Assembly: GCA_047495785.1 (NCBI GenBank)
Contig: JBLDXI010000015.1
Location: forward strand, 3,658,001 to 3,722,000
Length of the DNA stretch: 64,000 nt
Reading direction: 5' to 3'
Origin: Lepidodermella squamata
Taxonomy: Eukaryota > Animalia > Gastrotricha
The notes below the pieces were generated by a model, which saw only the letters and a program-made list of their open reading frames with translations, was not told the DNA's origin and made no database searches. Made by a program: the position numbers and the translations under genes. Of the stretch, positions 25,063-38,332 are shown piece after piece (position 1 is the first letter of the stretch; every line of letters begins with the position of its first letter).

Positions 25063-26196
25063 TCAACCAGTTAACATTATCGCGAGGAAAACAGCAGACG
25101 AAACTGTAATAACAAGAGCACAGAAAGAAAAGCATGCCACATCGCTCCTTTTAAGGGCTGTAATCAGAAACCGTTTTCGCTCCTGCTTGTGACATTCTTT
25201 AATCAAATTGTTGTAGATGTAGCAGGAAATTGAGGCGTAGACCGTGATGACAGTCGCAATACCGAGTTGAATGGTGAAAACTATGGCAATGTAGCTCAAC
25301 TTTGAACTTGGCGGCATTTTACCGTCTATGTTCGTCTGAAGAACCCCCAACGCTAGTTGGCAAGATATAGCATAAGCCGACCGGTCCGGGGCACTAGCCG
25401 GAATTCCGAAGGTCGCCAATTGCAGTAGCATCAGGAAAGCCATGGGAATTATTGCTATGTAAATGAACTGAAGCGGGCGGCGTTTAAGGGTGATGCTGAA
25501 GTGAGCCGCGCTGAAAAAGGCGCCGCATTTTATCTTGCGAATAGCCCGACTGCCTGTAACGTACCACTGCGAGCTTTCCGACGTGAACTCAGTATTCTCC
25601 CAGCCAATTCTGATAGCTAAATTGCCCAATTCCAAGTCAGCGCATGCATCCAAGTAGCCGAATTTGAAGATGCAAGTCTGTTCATCGAAAGGAAAGTAGA
25701 GAAAGTCTAACGGGCAGACTGTTGTAATTGCCGGCACCGGTGGGTAGAATTTGACGACCCCATCCGGCTGCACGTGTATCGTTTCGAGCTTTGCGTCGTA
25801 CTTCAACGTTGCATAAATGTCTTCAGCGTTGTTCATATGCAAAAGCTTAGGCACCCAGTTGTTTTGCGGGCTTATAGCCAGCTCATTGATACGTTCAAAC
25901 TCGCTGATGTTATCCCATTTGTAGAACGGGTCCTGCCATTCGTGTTTGAAATCTGGCAATAGGGTGAGTGTTTCGCCTATCTCATCCAAAGAAATGAAAC
26001 TAATCGCTCGGAAGGTCAAATTTAGCGATATAACATCCCATTCATTCAACTTTGGCGGGTCGCGTCCTGTTATGTTGGCCTTGTCCCGGTTTTGAGACAT
26101 GAGCGATTGAAGTCTTGAAATTGTCCAGTTTGCGTTTCGAGCCAGTGCATTTTCCGCGTTCAAGAGCGCAAAAATTAGGCTGAAGTAAAGTTCCAT
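25063..26196 (-). CDS. Intronless Cys-loop pentameric ligand-gated ion channel subunit, 377 aa
   Basis: Signal peptide; WVPKL; Cys-loop CPLDFLYFPFDEQTC; TLKRRP before M1; four TM segments; short M3-M4 loop; no vicinal CC. Confidence 0.92.
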   Translation of the reverse strand: MELYFSLIFALLNAENALARNANWTISRLQSLMSQNRDKANITGRDPPKLNEWDVISLNLTFRAISFISLDEIGETLTLLPDFKHEWQDPFYKWDNISEFERINELAISPQNNWVPKLLHMNNAEDIYATLKYDAKLETIHVQPDGVVKFYPPVPAITTVCPLDFLYFPFDEQTCIFKFGYLDACADLELGNLAIRIGWENTEFTSESSQWYVTGSRAIRKIKCGAFFSAAHFSITLKRRPLQFIYIAIIPMAFLMLLQLATFGIPASAPDRSAYAISCQLALGVLQTNIDGKMPPSSKLSYIAIVFTIQLGIATVITVYASISCYIYNNLIKECHKQERKRFLITALKRSDVACFSFCALVITVSSAVFLAIMLTG

Positions 26197-27963
26197 ATAT
26201 ATTGGGGGAAATGATTTTTGCGCTTGATTTACATCAGATAGCTGTCATTGCGCAAATTTACGAATAAATATCTATTTCTTGTACGTTTTCTCCGCTTATT
26301 TTATTTACTCTCAGGGTTATTTGCATTTGGAGGCTTTTTTATTTAAATGGCATTCGTGTTATAAAATAACTCTTCCTAAAATAGCTTTGCTGCCCGTTGT
26401 ATTTATTTTTTTCTATTTTTGCATAAATCATGGTATTAATACGCGAACATTCAAATTATAAGGCGAAAAGTCAATTTTGCCACGGCAAACTAGGTATCAC
26501 GTGCTGGAAAAAAAACAATATTATGTTTAAATAACTCTAAATGACTGACGATTAGTACACGGTGGAATAAATATAAATCAAATTTACAAATAATTGTTTG
26601 ATTGCGTACAAATTTGCTCTTATAATCATTACGTTATCACTTCTGTATCCGAGCTGGCTGTATCCGAATATTTCAAACTACCTTTTGAGAAACTCAACGA
26701 AGAACCGAACTAGGATAAATGTTACTGTTTCTGATAGCTCCTCGAGATGCCTAAAAACGGGCTATCCAACGTTACCAAATAAAAGGTATTCTGAAAGTTA
26801 CCTGTTTTTTGATAAATAAAAAGGTGGGATGTTTCAAAACGTCGATTTGGGACCCCTATTATTCCCAGTTAACCTGAAAGCCGATTGTTCTGAAAAATTT
26901 ACCAGTAGTAATTGACACCATGAACTGTCAACTTGTAAAAAAACGGGACATTTGGCGCATGGAACTTTTTATAGGTGAGCTCAAATTTAAGGCCCAACGT
27001 AGGGGGCAGTTTTGGAAATGATAAATGCGTTGAGCTAAAAATAGCGGGAAATCGAGCTTTAATATGACGTCATCAGTTTCTTGCCACCATCTGCGCATTT
27101 TTTTCGGAATTTCAAGAAAAGCTTCAAGCTCTGCACGCTATGAATATGCTAATGAGGCGACCAAAATTACCTCACAAGTGTCCAAATTTAGCCAAACCTG
27201 ACAGTATTTCTATAAAATCAAGGTAAAATGACAAAATTACCAAATTTTGCTCTGAGATGGGAAGTGGGCCCCCTCATGCCCTGAAATTTTCACGTTTTTA
27301 TAATTTTTTCCTGATTTTCTAGAGCTGAAAACCATGTTTTTGTCTAAAAACTACACTTACGGTATTTTAGAAAAATTAAAAGATAAATTTGAAATTTTAC
27401 GAAATTATTGGAAAGATGGCACTTCTTATCTATTAAAGGCCAACACCTTGCACCATTGCTCCGACTTGAACAATAAATCAAGATATCGGTTATCAAACTT
27501 AGCCTTGAAGTTTCTTCTGCTGCCAGGCAATGAGAAAATTTTCTGAACGTCTTACGGATTGTTCTGGAAACTTCCATTACCATTTCATTCTAGAAGCTTC
27601 TGCGGTAAAATCCATGTCGTGGGAAATTGGTTTAAAAGTGCGTCTCGCTATATTTGTACCTCACTATCAGCTCCGTATGTTTTGGCTCAGCATTAAACAC
27701 ATAACGCCTTATCAAATATAACCAGAAACGTTTATAGCTGGCATGTTTTTTTTTAAGCAAAACACTTTATACACCTAGATGAACTATGCTAATCTATATG
27801 AGACGTGTAAACATGTGATAGATTATACGGATGGCTTGACCTGGAAAAGCCAAAATGTCCTTTTGAATAAGGCCGACTTACGCTATAAAAACCCCAACAA
27901 ATTTGACTACAACATTCATTCAAAGCTTCTCACAAAAGTAACAAGCACATCTTCAACCTTAAA

Positions 27964-28592
27964 ATGACCGCGATTTCGCTTTTCATCCTGGCGGCCTTGC
28001 CTTTGATTGGTTAGTTTCAATTTTCGCTGGAGATCCCGTGAATTAATAATTTTTTCTATTTTCAGCCGTCGCCCTGCCTGCTAAGGAACCATCGTCGCCG
28101 ATTCCTCTGCAGCCTGATTTCGACTTCAGCAAATTCGCCGGCAAATGGTTCGACATTTACCGCTCGCCAGCCATGACCTGGGAAGAAGGCACTGACAACA
28201 ATTTCGTCTACTCATCTCGCGCCGATGGCAAGATCAACGTTCAGTATTCCGACTGGCGCAATGGCCAATGGTACGTGCCTAAGCCATCCTATGCTTGGAC
28301 CCCCGATGTCAACCAGCCAGCTGCCTGGTTGATGAAATTCTCGTGGTTCATGCCAGCTGGTGACTTCAGAATCTTGTACACCGACTACACCGATGTTGCT
28401 CTCGTTTACGGCGAGCAGAAGATTTTCGGCTACAAATTTGGCGAGTTCGCTTGGGTTTTCGGCCGTAACAATCAGATCAGCCAGGAAGTTGAGGACTACG
28501 TCTTCAAGGTGCTGAACGAGCGTACGGGAATGAAGAAAACCGATCTGGTGAAGTCAACCCAAGGTGTTGCTCCTTACCCGAGGCCAAACTGA
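27964..28592 (+). CDS. Lipocalin (ApoD-like), 2 exons
   Basis: Signal peptide exon 27964-28009, exon 2 from 28066; DFDFSKFAGKWFDI (GxW), ILYTDY and AWVFGR motifs. Confidence 0.88.
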
Positions 28593-29783
28593 TTTTATGA
28601 ACTTTGATTACACTCAATAAACGAATCCGATTTGCACGTGAAATTTTTCGTCTCTTATTTCTTACTATGCCGGCATTCCAATTTTAGCTGCCTCGAGCCT
28701 ATCGAGAGGAAAAATTCAAAAACCCTGCGAAAAGGTTCAGCAGAGCTTTAGAAGCAGTTAGCATGCTTGCAGTATGTCTGGCCTTAAACCTCAAGCTTCA
28801 AATATCCAAAAGTAAAGGTATCGGCTCAGCCTTGGAACCCTTTGGAAGCTGAACAATTATTGTACAAGGTTTCGCCAAAATACCTTTTCGGGTGATATTT
28901 GATGCTTCGGAATGAGTGTTTCGATTAAATAATCACTATGATTTTAGTGATTTCTATTACGGGATTTTCGGCATTTGAAGCTGAACAAAAATAAACAAAT
29001 TGCGCTGAGTAGCTGGCAAGCGGTGGTGGCGGATGAGTGGCGAATCGCAGACCAGGGACTTCAGTAAACTGGACACGAAGCTCCAGCAGGTTGAATGTAT
29101 ACGTAAACCGAAGATCCTCCTTTTAAATCGATTGCCATTACCAGCCGATCGATTTAAGGCGTCCAGTTTTTGAGCGTTGAAATATCGGAATTCCGGGACC
29201 TTGGGACTATGAATTTTTCTCCAGCTCACGATGACGACATTTTTTGCTCTTATTTATTTAAAGAGCATGATATCCAGGTCTGGAAGAAGCTCTACAAGGT
29301 GAGCTTCGGAAGCCCGAAAATTCAGGAAAATAAAAAACACTCAGGACTGCAGGAATCTATAAGCTTCAGTCACCGGTGTACTTTCATCCCCATTTGGACC
29401 ATTTTCGCGTGTAAAATGCTCAATAAATTTGCTTGTGGCTTTAAGTTGACCGCTGAATCGTCGCCCTAATAATTTTCTACAGGTGGTTCTTCTTGGAGTG
29501 AAATATTCACGCGGCCACTTAACCCCACTTCGTCAAGATCGTTTTTACATGGCAAGAACTAATTTATTTCATCGGTTTTCGACCGCGGGATTTCTTTAGC
29601 CAGAATTTTTGTACGACAGGTGACAGGTGGAAGAGACGGGTACTAAAATTAGCGAGGGAAATGCCGTCATTCGAAAAAATGTTATTGAATGAGATAAATA
29701 ATCGTGAATGGCACGTGTCGCGTATAAAAAATTCTTGAGAAATCGTGAATTTTTTTCGTTTCATTTTTTTCATTCATTCTGCG

Positions 29784-32205
29784 ATGGCTGTTTTACGACG
29801 TCAAATTAGGTGTAAAACCAGCTTAATTTGGATTATTCTATGCTTTGCTATTATTTCGATATGCTTTTATCAGACTCTACGATCACCGAAAGGGTACAGG
29901 CTGATTTCCAGGAATAGCGAATTCTTTCGCCAAAATCAACTCCTGGCTGATAGCTCATCAAGAGATGGAGAATTTTTCCGAATCACCAAAGTTCCAATTG
30001 CAATTTACAACCAAACGCTCCGGGGCTATTACTTCAACCCCGAGTTATGTGATCAAGGCCCGTTGTTGAAAGAATCAACGGCAGAAGTCAGCGTTTCGAC
30101 TCTACTCGACATCACGCCACTTGTCCGGTCTCATGTGAGGAAAATGTTCGCCCAACATGTGCTCAACGAGTATTGGATAGCCGATGCGAACAGCACGCCA
30201 TACGCCTTTCACCCAGCCTGTATTCCTCACCGTGGGAAGTTGACATGTGTCACCCGAGTTTGGCTCGACTTCGACGGATTCAAGGCAAAACCGATGCTAA
30301 ATCGATTTCAGGAGAGTTACCTATACGCTAATGACTTCGACAGTCAATTACGAGTGATTCCGAAATCGAATGGAATCCTTGGAATTCCGAGTCCGATTCA
30401 GGAAATCCGATATACAGGACCTGAAGATCCTAGGATGGTTATTATCGACGATTCAATCCACATGAGTTTCCTTCAAGGCCATAATTACACAACGAGTTTG
30501 TCAATTTTCCGAGGGAAAAATTCCTAATAATTCTCTACTTTTCGACAGGTATGAGATATCCAGACCGGCGGCAATTTATCTGGTCATTCGAAGATAGCTC
30601 GATCTATACCCTCAACGTAGATGGTTTCAAGTACCACAAAATGGAGAAGAACTGGTCACCTTGGGTTATCGACAATATCCTGCATTACGTTTACCAGTAC
30701 CTACCATCAATGCGAGTTATCCGATGTGATCCTAACTCAATTCAAGACGACCAGCCTCGGACGATGAACTGCAAATTTATCAAGGGCGACGGGGGAGGTC
30801 ATACGAGGGACCTTCTGCTCAGGGGTGGCTCATCGGTTATTCATTACAAGGAGAATTATTACATGGCGCTGACCCATGTTGTGGTGGCTAAACGGAGGCC
30901 AACAAGTAGAAGTAGGCGTTTCTTTATATTTTACGATTTTACGAAGTGTTATTTCATACGCATCCATGCATATTCATAACTTTTCATACATATTTCTTTG
31001 TATAAAATTGTATTTTTTAACAACACAATGTTTAGGAATTGGGGTTAGGGTTAGGGTTAGGGTTAGGGTTAGGGTTAGGGTTATGGCTTGGTTAGAGCTC
31101 AGGGTCAAGGTTAGGGTTGGTTTAGGGTTAGGGTTAGGTCGAGTTTGGGGTTTTTACTAAGTTCAATTTTAGAGCCCTTGCACTTCACCAATGACCATAT
31201 TCAAGCGGAAAAAAATTGAATTCGTTGTTGGAACCCCTTATGCGTGTTGCGCAACTATTTTTAAATTTGGCAAATTTTTGGAGGAAATTTAAACTAATTT
31301 TATTAAATTAAACCTATACTGATAAAATACTTCGCGATTAAACCGGAGAAATAAATAACGTACCGGAGAAAACCCGGAAAACCCTGATGGTAACTGGTTC
31401 GGTAATTTTCGGTATTTTACCCTGTAGGACCAAATTTCTCCGGCCTTCTTTAATCCCATTAACAGGTGACATACTAGATTACTATTCTTGATTTTTTTGA
31501 TTTTTTGAATTTTTTCAAAGTTTTTCTTGCTACACGATGATAGTTTGTCCCTCACGTTAGGGTTTCTGAACCCTTTTCGGTGTATTTTCATTTTGCTTGA
31601 GTTACTTAGAGGACACGCTGTATAAACCGAAAATGGTGTTTCCTTAATGATCCCAGCTAGATTTAATGGAAAAAAATGTGTATGAAAGGTTTATTTTATT
31701 TATTTTTATTTTAAAATTAAAGAGTATGCATCTCAAATCACGTTGATTAATCGGGCTAAAATGGAGGTGGTATTTGTTTCGTCTCCGATTTTTATCGACG
31801 CTGAAACTATGCTGAGCATTCCGTTCACCGTCAGGCACATCACGGCGCCATTCCTGTACACGACCAGCGTATTTCTGGAGTCTTATAACAGTTTAATTTT
31901 CACGGCCGGGGTGAACGATAACCATGGATTTATTCTTCGCATTGAAGGGGTCGAGAAGCTTCTAGGTATGCCCTAATAACTTGGATGAGTCCTATTCTTT
32001 ACTTTCGATTTCAGATGCTGCAATCGCAGGTGACAAAGCCGCCCAAAATTGCCGCTACGACGTCGAACGAGCTGCTAACGAGACTCTGGTTTGGCTACGA
32101 GACGTCAGCATGGGTGAAGTTAACAATCACTTTCAAGGAAAAAATGCATTTGTTCCGGTTAAAAAACCCGGCAACCACACCAAACATCGAAAAAATAATT
32201 TATGA
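29784..32205 (+). CDS. BMT/GT91-like copy 5, 4 exons, ~502 aa
   Basis: Exons 29784-30495, 30549-30911, 31723-31965, 32015-32205 in frame; YTGPEDPRM, EKNWSPW, LRGGSS. Confidence 0.8.
31041..31139 (+). repeat. Interstitial (TTAGGG)n telomere-like array inside intron 2 of copy 5
   Basis: About six perfect TTAGGG units followed by degenerate units. Confidence 0.85.
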
Positions 32206-32254
32206 AATTATTCATTTCTGAATTTTTAGATTTTTGTTATACAAAAATTTGCAT

Positions 32255-33877
32255 ATGGCAGTGAGAAGGGAGCTCAAATTCAAGGTTATAATATGTGCTG
32301 TAATGTTGGCTTTGGCGTGGGTAACCTTGTTCCAGCCAGGCGTAACCAAATCTAGCAGCGATTTCCAAATTTTCAAAATCTCAAAACTTCAAGACGATGT
32401 AATCTCGGTTGGGCATCTTCGAGGGAATAACCTGTTCAGCTACACAATGCGAGGAGTTATGCTTCGAGATTCGCTCTGCAATAGCAATTCAACTTTAGAA
32501 GAGTTCCAATCCGAAGTTGAGACATCGGTCCTACTAGATTTTTCAGCGCTTGTAGTCCCTCATTTCAAACAAATGTTCCCTGAACATGTTTGGAAAGAAC
32601 CGACTCTCTCAGGTCCAGGACCTTTCGCCCTTCACCCCGCTTGCCTGCCGAAAGATGGTCGATTACTATGCTTCTGCCGCGTTTGGCTTCGATTGACCCC
32701 AGCTGTCCGCGAGGGATCGAAAAATCGCTACCAAGAGAGCCAAATGTACATGTTGGAGTTGGACGACCAGCTTAACGTAGTTCGCGGGTCGAAAAAGCTC
32801 TTAGGTATTCCTAGTGCTATTCAAGACGAGCGAAATACAGGGCCGGAAGATCCGAGGTTGATCTCTCTTCACGACAACGTTTACATCAGCTTCATCAATG
32901 GCCATTTATATCCGAATGCAAATAGGACATTCAGGTAAAATTAATTTGTTTAGATTTTTTATAGTTTACATTTTTATTTAAATTTGAAAATTTGAGAATT
33001 AAATTTTAATTTTAATTTTTTAATAAATTTTTCAATTTTTAGACGGCAATTTCTTTGGTCGCTTGATGACAGTGAACTGTATACCGTGAAGGCGGACATA
33101 CCCGGCTATCACAAGTCAGATAAAAACTGGGTGCCTTGGGTTGTTGGCGAGAAATTCTACTACATGTTTCAATACCTTCCGGAGATGAGGGTTCTCGAGT
33201 GCAAATTCAGGGACAGAAATGTTGAAAAGCCTCAAATTTTGCATTGTGATTTCATTCTTGGCGATGGCCATCGTCCAACTAAGAGCTTGGAACTTCGAGG
33301 AGGATCGCCATTGGTTTACTATTCTGACAATGACTACTACCTTGCTTCAACTCATGTCGTGCTGAAGTTGAATAAAATAACTAGAAGTAAGTCGATTTCC
33401 TAACTGGAATTTTCCATCACTTTTTTAATTTTTTCAGAATATTCTTCCCAACTTATACTGGTCAACGCTCGAGAATTTCGAGTGGTCTTTGTGTCATCGC
33501 CGATTTTCATCGACCCAGACATGATGACTAGCATTCCACTAACCGTGAATCACAGTTTCCGTGCATTCCTTTACTCAACGGGCCTAATTGTGGAGAACCC
33601 GGACAGCCTGATACTGACCGTTGGGTTAAACGACAATCGCGGATACATGATTCGACTGCGCGGAGTGGCAACTATGCTAAGTAAATCTCGCTAATTTACC
33701 GTCGAAATAATCTTTATTTGCTATTTAGGGAAAGCTATCTCGAATGATCTGAGTTCGGACCTTCGGCAATGCGCTGAAAAATCGAAAGAAGCTGCTTCTG
33801 CAATGAATTCTTGGCTTATCAAAGTGAGTAATCACGAAGTCGACAAAATGCTCAAATCGAACGTGTCCCATATATGA
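32255..33877 (+). CDS. BMT/GT91-like copy 6, 4 exons, ~471 aa
   Basis: Exons 32255-32934, 33043-33386, 33438-33680, 33729-33877 in frame; NTGPEDPRL, DKNWVPW, LRGGSP. Confidence 0.8.
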
Positions 33878-34112
33878 ATATTTTTCCAACCTAATAAAAA
33901 TTCCATTATCCATAAAATTTTATTGCAATTTCTTCACAACCAGAGTAATTTTAGCACAAATTTGTAAATATAATGGGACAGGTAGCAAAACTTTCAAACT
34001 GCATCGAAAAAAAACACGCACCAAACTTGACTAGACCCTAATCCTTACATCCAAGTCATGATTTGTATCAGCTAGGCTGATAAAGGCAGCAGACATGTTA
34101 GGGGCATGAAAT

Positions 34113-35802
34113 TCAAGCCTGCATTGATCTCAGCGGAACACCTTCAGGTCCAGTTTTTGCCTCCTCCTGCTGTCTCCTGAGGAAATAAAAAAAAATTATA
34201 ATAATTTTGAGACATTTTCTAGCTTACTTTTTCTTCCTACAGCAGCATACGATAACGATGATAATAATGATTATAAGAACAATAACTGCAATGATAATTG
34301 CGATCCAATATTCCTCTGCAATAAAATTGATTTTTTTTAAATTATTCGATCAATTAATTTCAAAATAACACCAACTTTTCAAACCAGCGATTGTTTTCTC
34401 CGGTGGTGCGGAGCAGGTATTTTGAGCGGAACAGATCGCCCCGTCCTGACAGGCAGGTTCGCATATAGCTATGATAGACAATTCGCATCGCGTAAGAAAT
34501 TAGGTCATTCTGCACTTACGAATATCGCAGTTGTCGCCGGATAGGCCATCTGCGCACTTGCTAACACTCTGCTCCTTCTTCGCCTCTTCGATGAGTATTT
34601 CTGTCACGATTTCAACAGCTAATTACGTAGGCAACAAGTCATCAGGTGCATTTTAGAGTTCAAAAAATTAGTTATTACTTGTTTCCTCTTCCTCCTTAAT
34701 TGGGGCAGGGGTAGGCGGAGGAGCTATATTTGTTAGTGCGAAACAATGAATCACACCGCAAAAATGTTATTATCGGTTGGGGTTGGCTTCATTAACTCAC
34801 GCAAATCGCAATTTTGTTGGAAAACGTCCGAGTTTTTACAACGGCAGACGTAGGTTTTACCGCCATCGGCTAAATTAGCGTGGCACGTCTCTGGATGGCA
34901 ATTTTCACTCTGACAAGGTTCCTCTGTAAAAATTCAAGCCGATGGAAAAAAAAAATTGAATACGAATTAAAATTTCACCTGCGAATAATCGATGTAAACG
35001 GTAGACGTCGATGATTTGTTCCTTTTTTAAGGCTGCTTTGAAAATCGACAAACTGGCGACTTTTCCCTTCATCACCTTACTGACTCTCACTTTTGGAATA
35101 GGCTCACTGTGAGAAGCAAAAATAATAAAAACTAATTTAAGGTGGTATTTTTTGCAACTATCACCTTTTTCCTAGGGTGAATCCTAAATCGCTAGTCAAG
35201 GAATTGTCTGGCGAGTCGATCGGTTCGCTGACAGTCGCGTTGCAGAAAACTCGAACCGTTTGCGCCTCGGCGTTGTAGATGAAGCCGACAAATACCCACG
35301 ATTTCTTGATTTCAGGACAGTCCAGCGAAACAGGATCAGCTGCGTTCATCATCATGAAATGAAGGCTATGTTCAGTCGGCCATCTCCACAAATTAAGCCC
35401 AAAAGCGACCTCGCTAGGTTGCGCTAACGGGAACTCAATAATAGGCCCAACGCTAGTTTCGTCATCGAATTTAACAATTAGAGACATTGTGAGTGAGCTG
35501 TTGCCGAAGTTGAACTCGGGTTTCGCGAATTCAACGTAGCTTTTCTCATCAGCTCCGAGTGAATAGGCCGAGGCTGGTATTTTCAACGGACCATCCACTG
35601 CTTCGATTTTCGACGATAAAAACACGCCGTCGAGTCGGTTTGTGGACGCGTCTTGCGATCCGAATCGCTTGTTTAGCGGGTAATACGCGAGAAGTGGCGG
35701 TAATTTCTCCAAAACTTGGGCGATAGTCTTTTTCGGCTCGTCTTGACTGGCAGCCGAGCCTAAGCCAAGGATGACAAGTACTGCTATCAGGCGAAGTTCC
35801 AT
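34113..35802 (-). CDS. Type I membrane protein with LamG/concanavalin-like domain and EGF-like Cys-rich segment
   Basis: Signal MELRLIAVLVILGLGSAA; LAYYPLN..SLTMSLIVK..WVFVGFIYN pattern; CADGLSGDNC and CEPACQDGAIC; TM YWIAIIIAVIVLIIIIIIVIVCCCRKK; about 8 exons, internal boundaries approximate. Confidence 0.7.
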
Positions 35803-36292
35803 TTTTTTGGCAAAATAACCGGTCTCTTTTGGTATATAGGATACGCGTTGAAAGCGGAGCGTGGGAGGTGTTTGTTTCTCTGCTGCTGCTGCGGAGGTTA
35901 GAGATAGCGATATTTCCGTGTCGCGGAATGCTTTATAGCTAGTAATAAAAACGCATGCTTTGATACCGGTGGACAAGGGCCAGAGCCACGGTCTATTGCG
36001 CTGTGCGATAACGTCGTTTTCTTTTGCGGTTTTTATTGCTCAGCGAGAGCGCGGCGCAGGTGGGAGCGGCAAATAATATACAGCCATCCTCCTAATATAG
36101 TGGTGACTTATCAGCAAACAAAGAGAAAACAATGCGTTCCTACTCCGTGAGTCGCGTTACATGTGTTGTCACGCATGGCTAAAAAATAACAACACACTTC
36201 ATGATAATATTATATACAGACAGATATATACACATTTATTTTAATAAATTTGCCAGAACTCAAGAATATGGTATAATATGGTGTGTAATTTT

Positions 36293-36805
36293 TTAAGAAT
36301 TAAGCAGATTTTTCATTATATCGCTCATCACATCAGCCTGCTCGGCAGCTTCCGGCGGAGTTAGTCCATCTTCGAGAACGCCCAACACTGTGTCTATATT
36401 AGGAACTAGACAATTTTGAACAAATTCAAGAGTTCGAACGCTTTGCTTCGATTTAACCACCTCTGTTAAATAAATAAAATTAATTTCAAAAAAATTGAAT
36501 TAAAATTCGAAACCTTGAAATAGCCTGTCAATTGCTCCATCGTCGTTCTCGTCGACCGACTGATCTTTGATCCATTCCGCGCAGTCTGAGTAAGATTTCG
36601 CGTCTTGAAAAGCTTGATCGAATTGTTCGATAACTTCAGGATTTATCCGCTCGAATGGGAATAAATCATCAGCGAGTTTAGCTGTCAGCAAATGGCCACT
36701 GTTGACGATATTCAGCAGTTTGCTATCGCTGTTGCGCTTAGCTATCACGTTAGCCTCACAGAGGCCAGCAAAAACGAAGATAGAAAAGTAGCGAGCTGCT
36801 TGCAT
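36293..36805 (-). CDS. Small secreted protein, family member A (2 exons)
   Basis: Signal peptide; exons 36805-36514 and 36462-36293; motifs FDQAFQDA..YSDCAEW and LEFVQNCL. Confidence 0.75.
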
Positions 36806-37300
36806 CGTTATTAGAACGAAATTATTAGCGAATAAGCTTCGAAATAAAGCGAACTGTAAATTTTACAACCGCCGTGACAAAATGAAACTCGATCCGCTGG
36901 GTCGCTAGACTGATCGATCTTATAAATACACCCGCGCTAACATGCGGAGCGGCTAATTGCTACGCTCACCCACATGCAGCTAAATTAGCGAGGATATAGT
37001 GACAGCTTATTACCGGCGCTATCCTATGAAAGAGGCAAAGGCGACTATTTAGAATCGAACCCGGATTTAAAGTATATAGGTATTCCCTTGTTATCAGGGC
37101 CATTAATTCGCCGAATCACTCGATTATTCATTAAGCTTTCCCGGCATGTCAGTCAGAAATAGCAAAAATGACCTCTACAAGGGTTAATAAATCTGTTCCA
37201 CGTGCCGGCGGCATTCGTCATCTACGCTTATATTAACAGTAAAATAAAATTTATTAATCCGAATGTATATTTAATTCAGTTCAATTTTCAAAAATTGTTA

Positions 37301-37753
37301 TCATTCTTTCGGCATATCGATTGTGTCCTCGATTTTGGACATGATTTGATTGATGTCAGGCATTAGACAATTTTGAACAAACTCGAGTGTGAAAATTTTC
37401 TCGCCCGGCTTGCCAATGTCTGTGCAGAAGAAATTGAAATAATAAATAAGTAAAATTATAGCTAATTACTCACGGTTGAGTAGCGATTCCACTGACTCAT
37501 TAAAAATCTTGGACCTGCTCTCCATCCACTCTTCGCAGGTGTCGAAAATCTCAGCCTTTTGGACAGCTTTTAGGAACGCCTCCATAACTGACGCGTCCGG
37601 TGTTTCGTCGTCCGCAACAAATGGGGGAGGAAGAGTGGTGGTGGTCGTGGATGAGCCCCTGGCAGCTACTTTTTTCTGCTTCCTGATCACACCTGGCGTC
37701 GCTAGGGCAATCAAAGCACAGATGAATAATAGATAGCTGCAAATTTTATTCAT
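37301..37753 (-). CDS. Small secreted protein, family member B (2 exons)
   Basis: Signal peptide; FLKAVQKA..FDTCEEW and LEFVQNCL; intron at the same position as in member A. Confidence 0.75.
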
Positions 37754-38332
37754 TTTTCAAGCGAGAGAAATTGTTATGTTTTGAAATGAAAATAATGCCG
37801 GTTTTATACTCATCGATAATTACGAGGCTAGGCACGGTATCGATGCGCCTCATCGGACCTCTGATAGATTTGAAATCAATCATTACCAGACATCTCTCGG
37901 CTTCTTTTTTTAGCGTTTAATGAGACCTAATAGAAATGAGATTTTTTATATCGAAAGTGTTTTTTATGTCACGTTATAATGTTACTTCATGCATGAAGAT
38001 TAACAAGAGGGCGAAGCTAGAACGAGTGTAATGGGGGCTGAGTAAACTTCTGTTAAAGGAACGTAATATTATGTACCCAACGGCAAAAAAGTGAGTCATT
38101 GGTCGTGCACGTTTTTTTCATCACCTGCACAGTGTTGACTGCCAGGAGAGGATAAAACACGTTTGTATACAGTAAATAAAGAGTGGGCGGTATGTTTTGC
38201 GTAAACTTGATTCACCTGTACACTGGCCAGTTAGCCTTCCCGTATGAGAGAAAACGGGGGCGATCAGCTTCGCCGAATCTTTTGGCTTTATATTAAGGGC
38301 CTGACCAAAGTCACGTCTCACTAACAATCATC

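Noticed and set aside
30876-31160. ORF with RVRVRV repeat
   Set aside because: Translation of the intronic TTAGGG array
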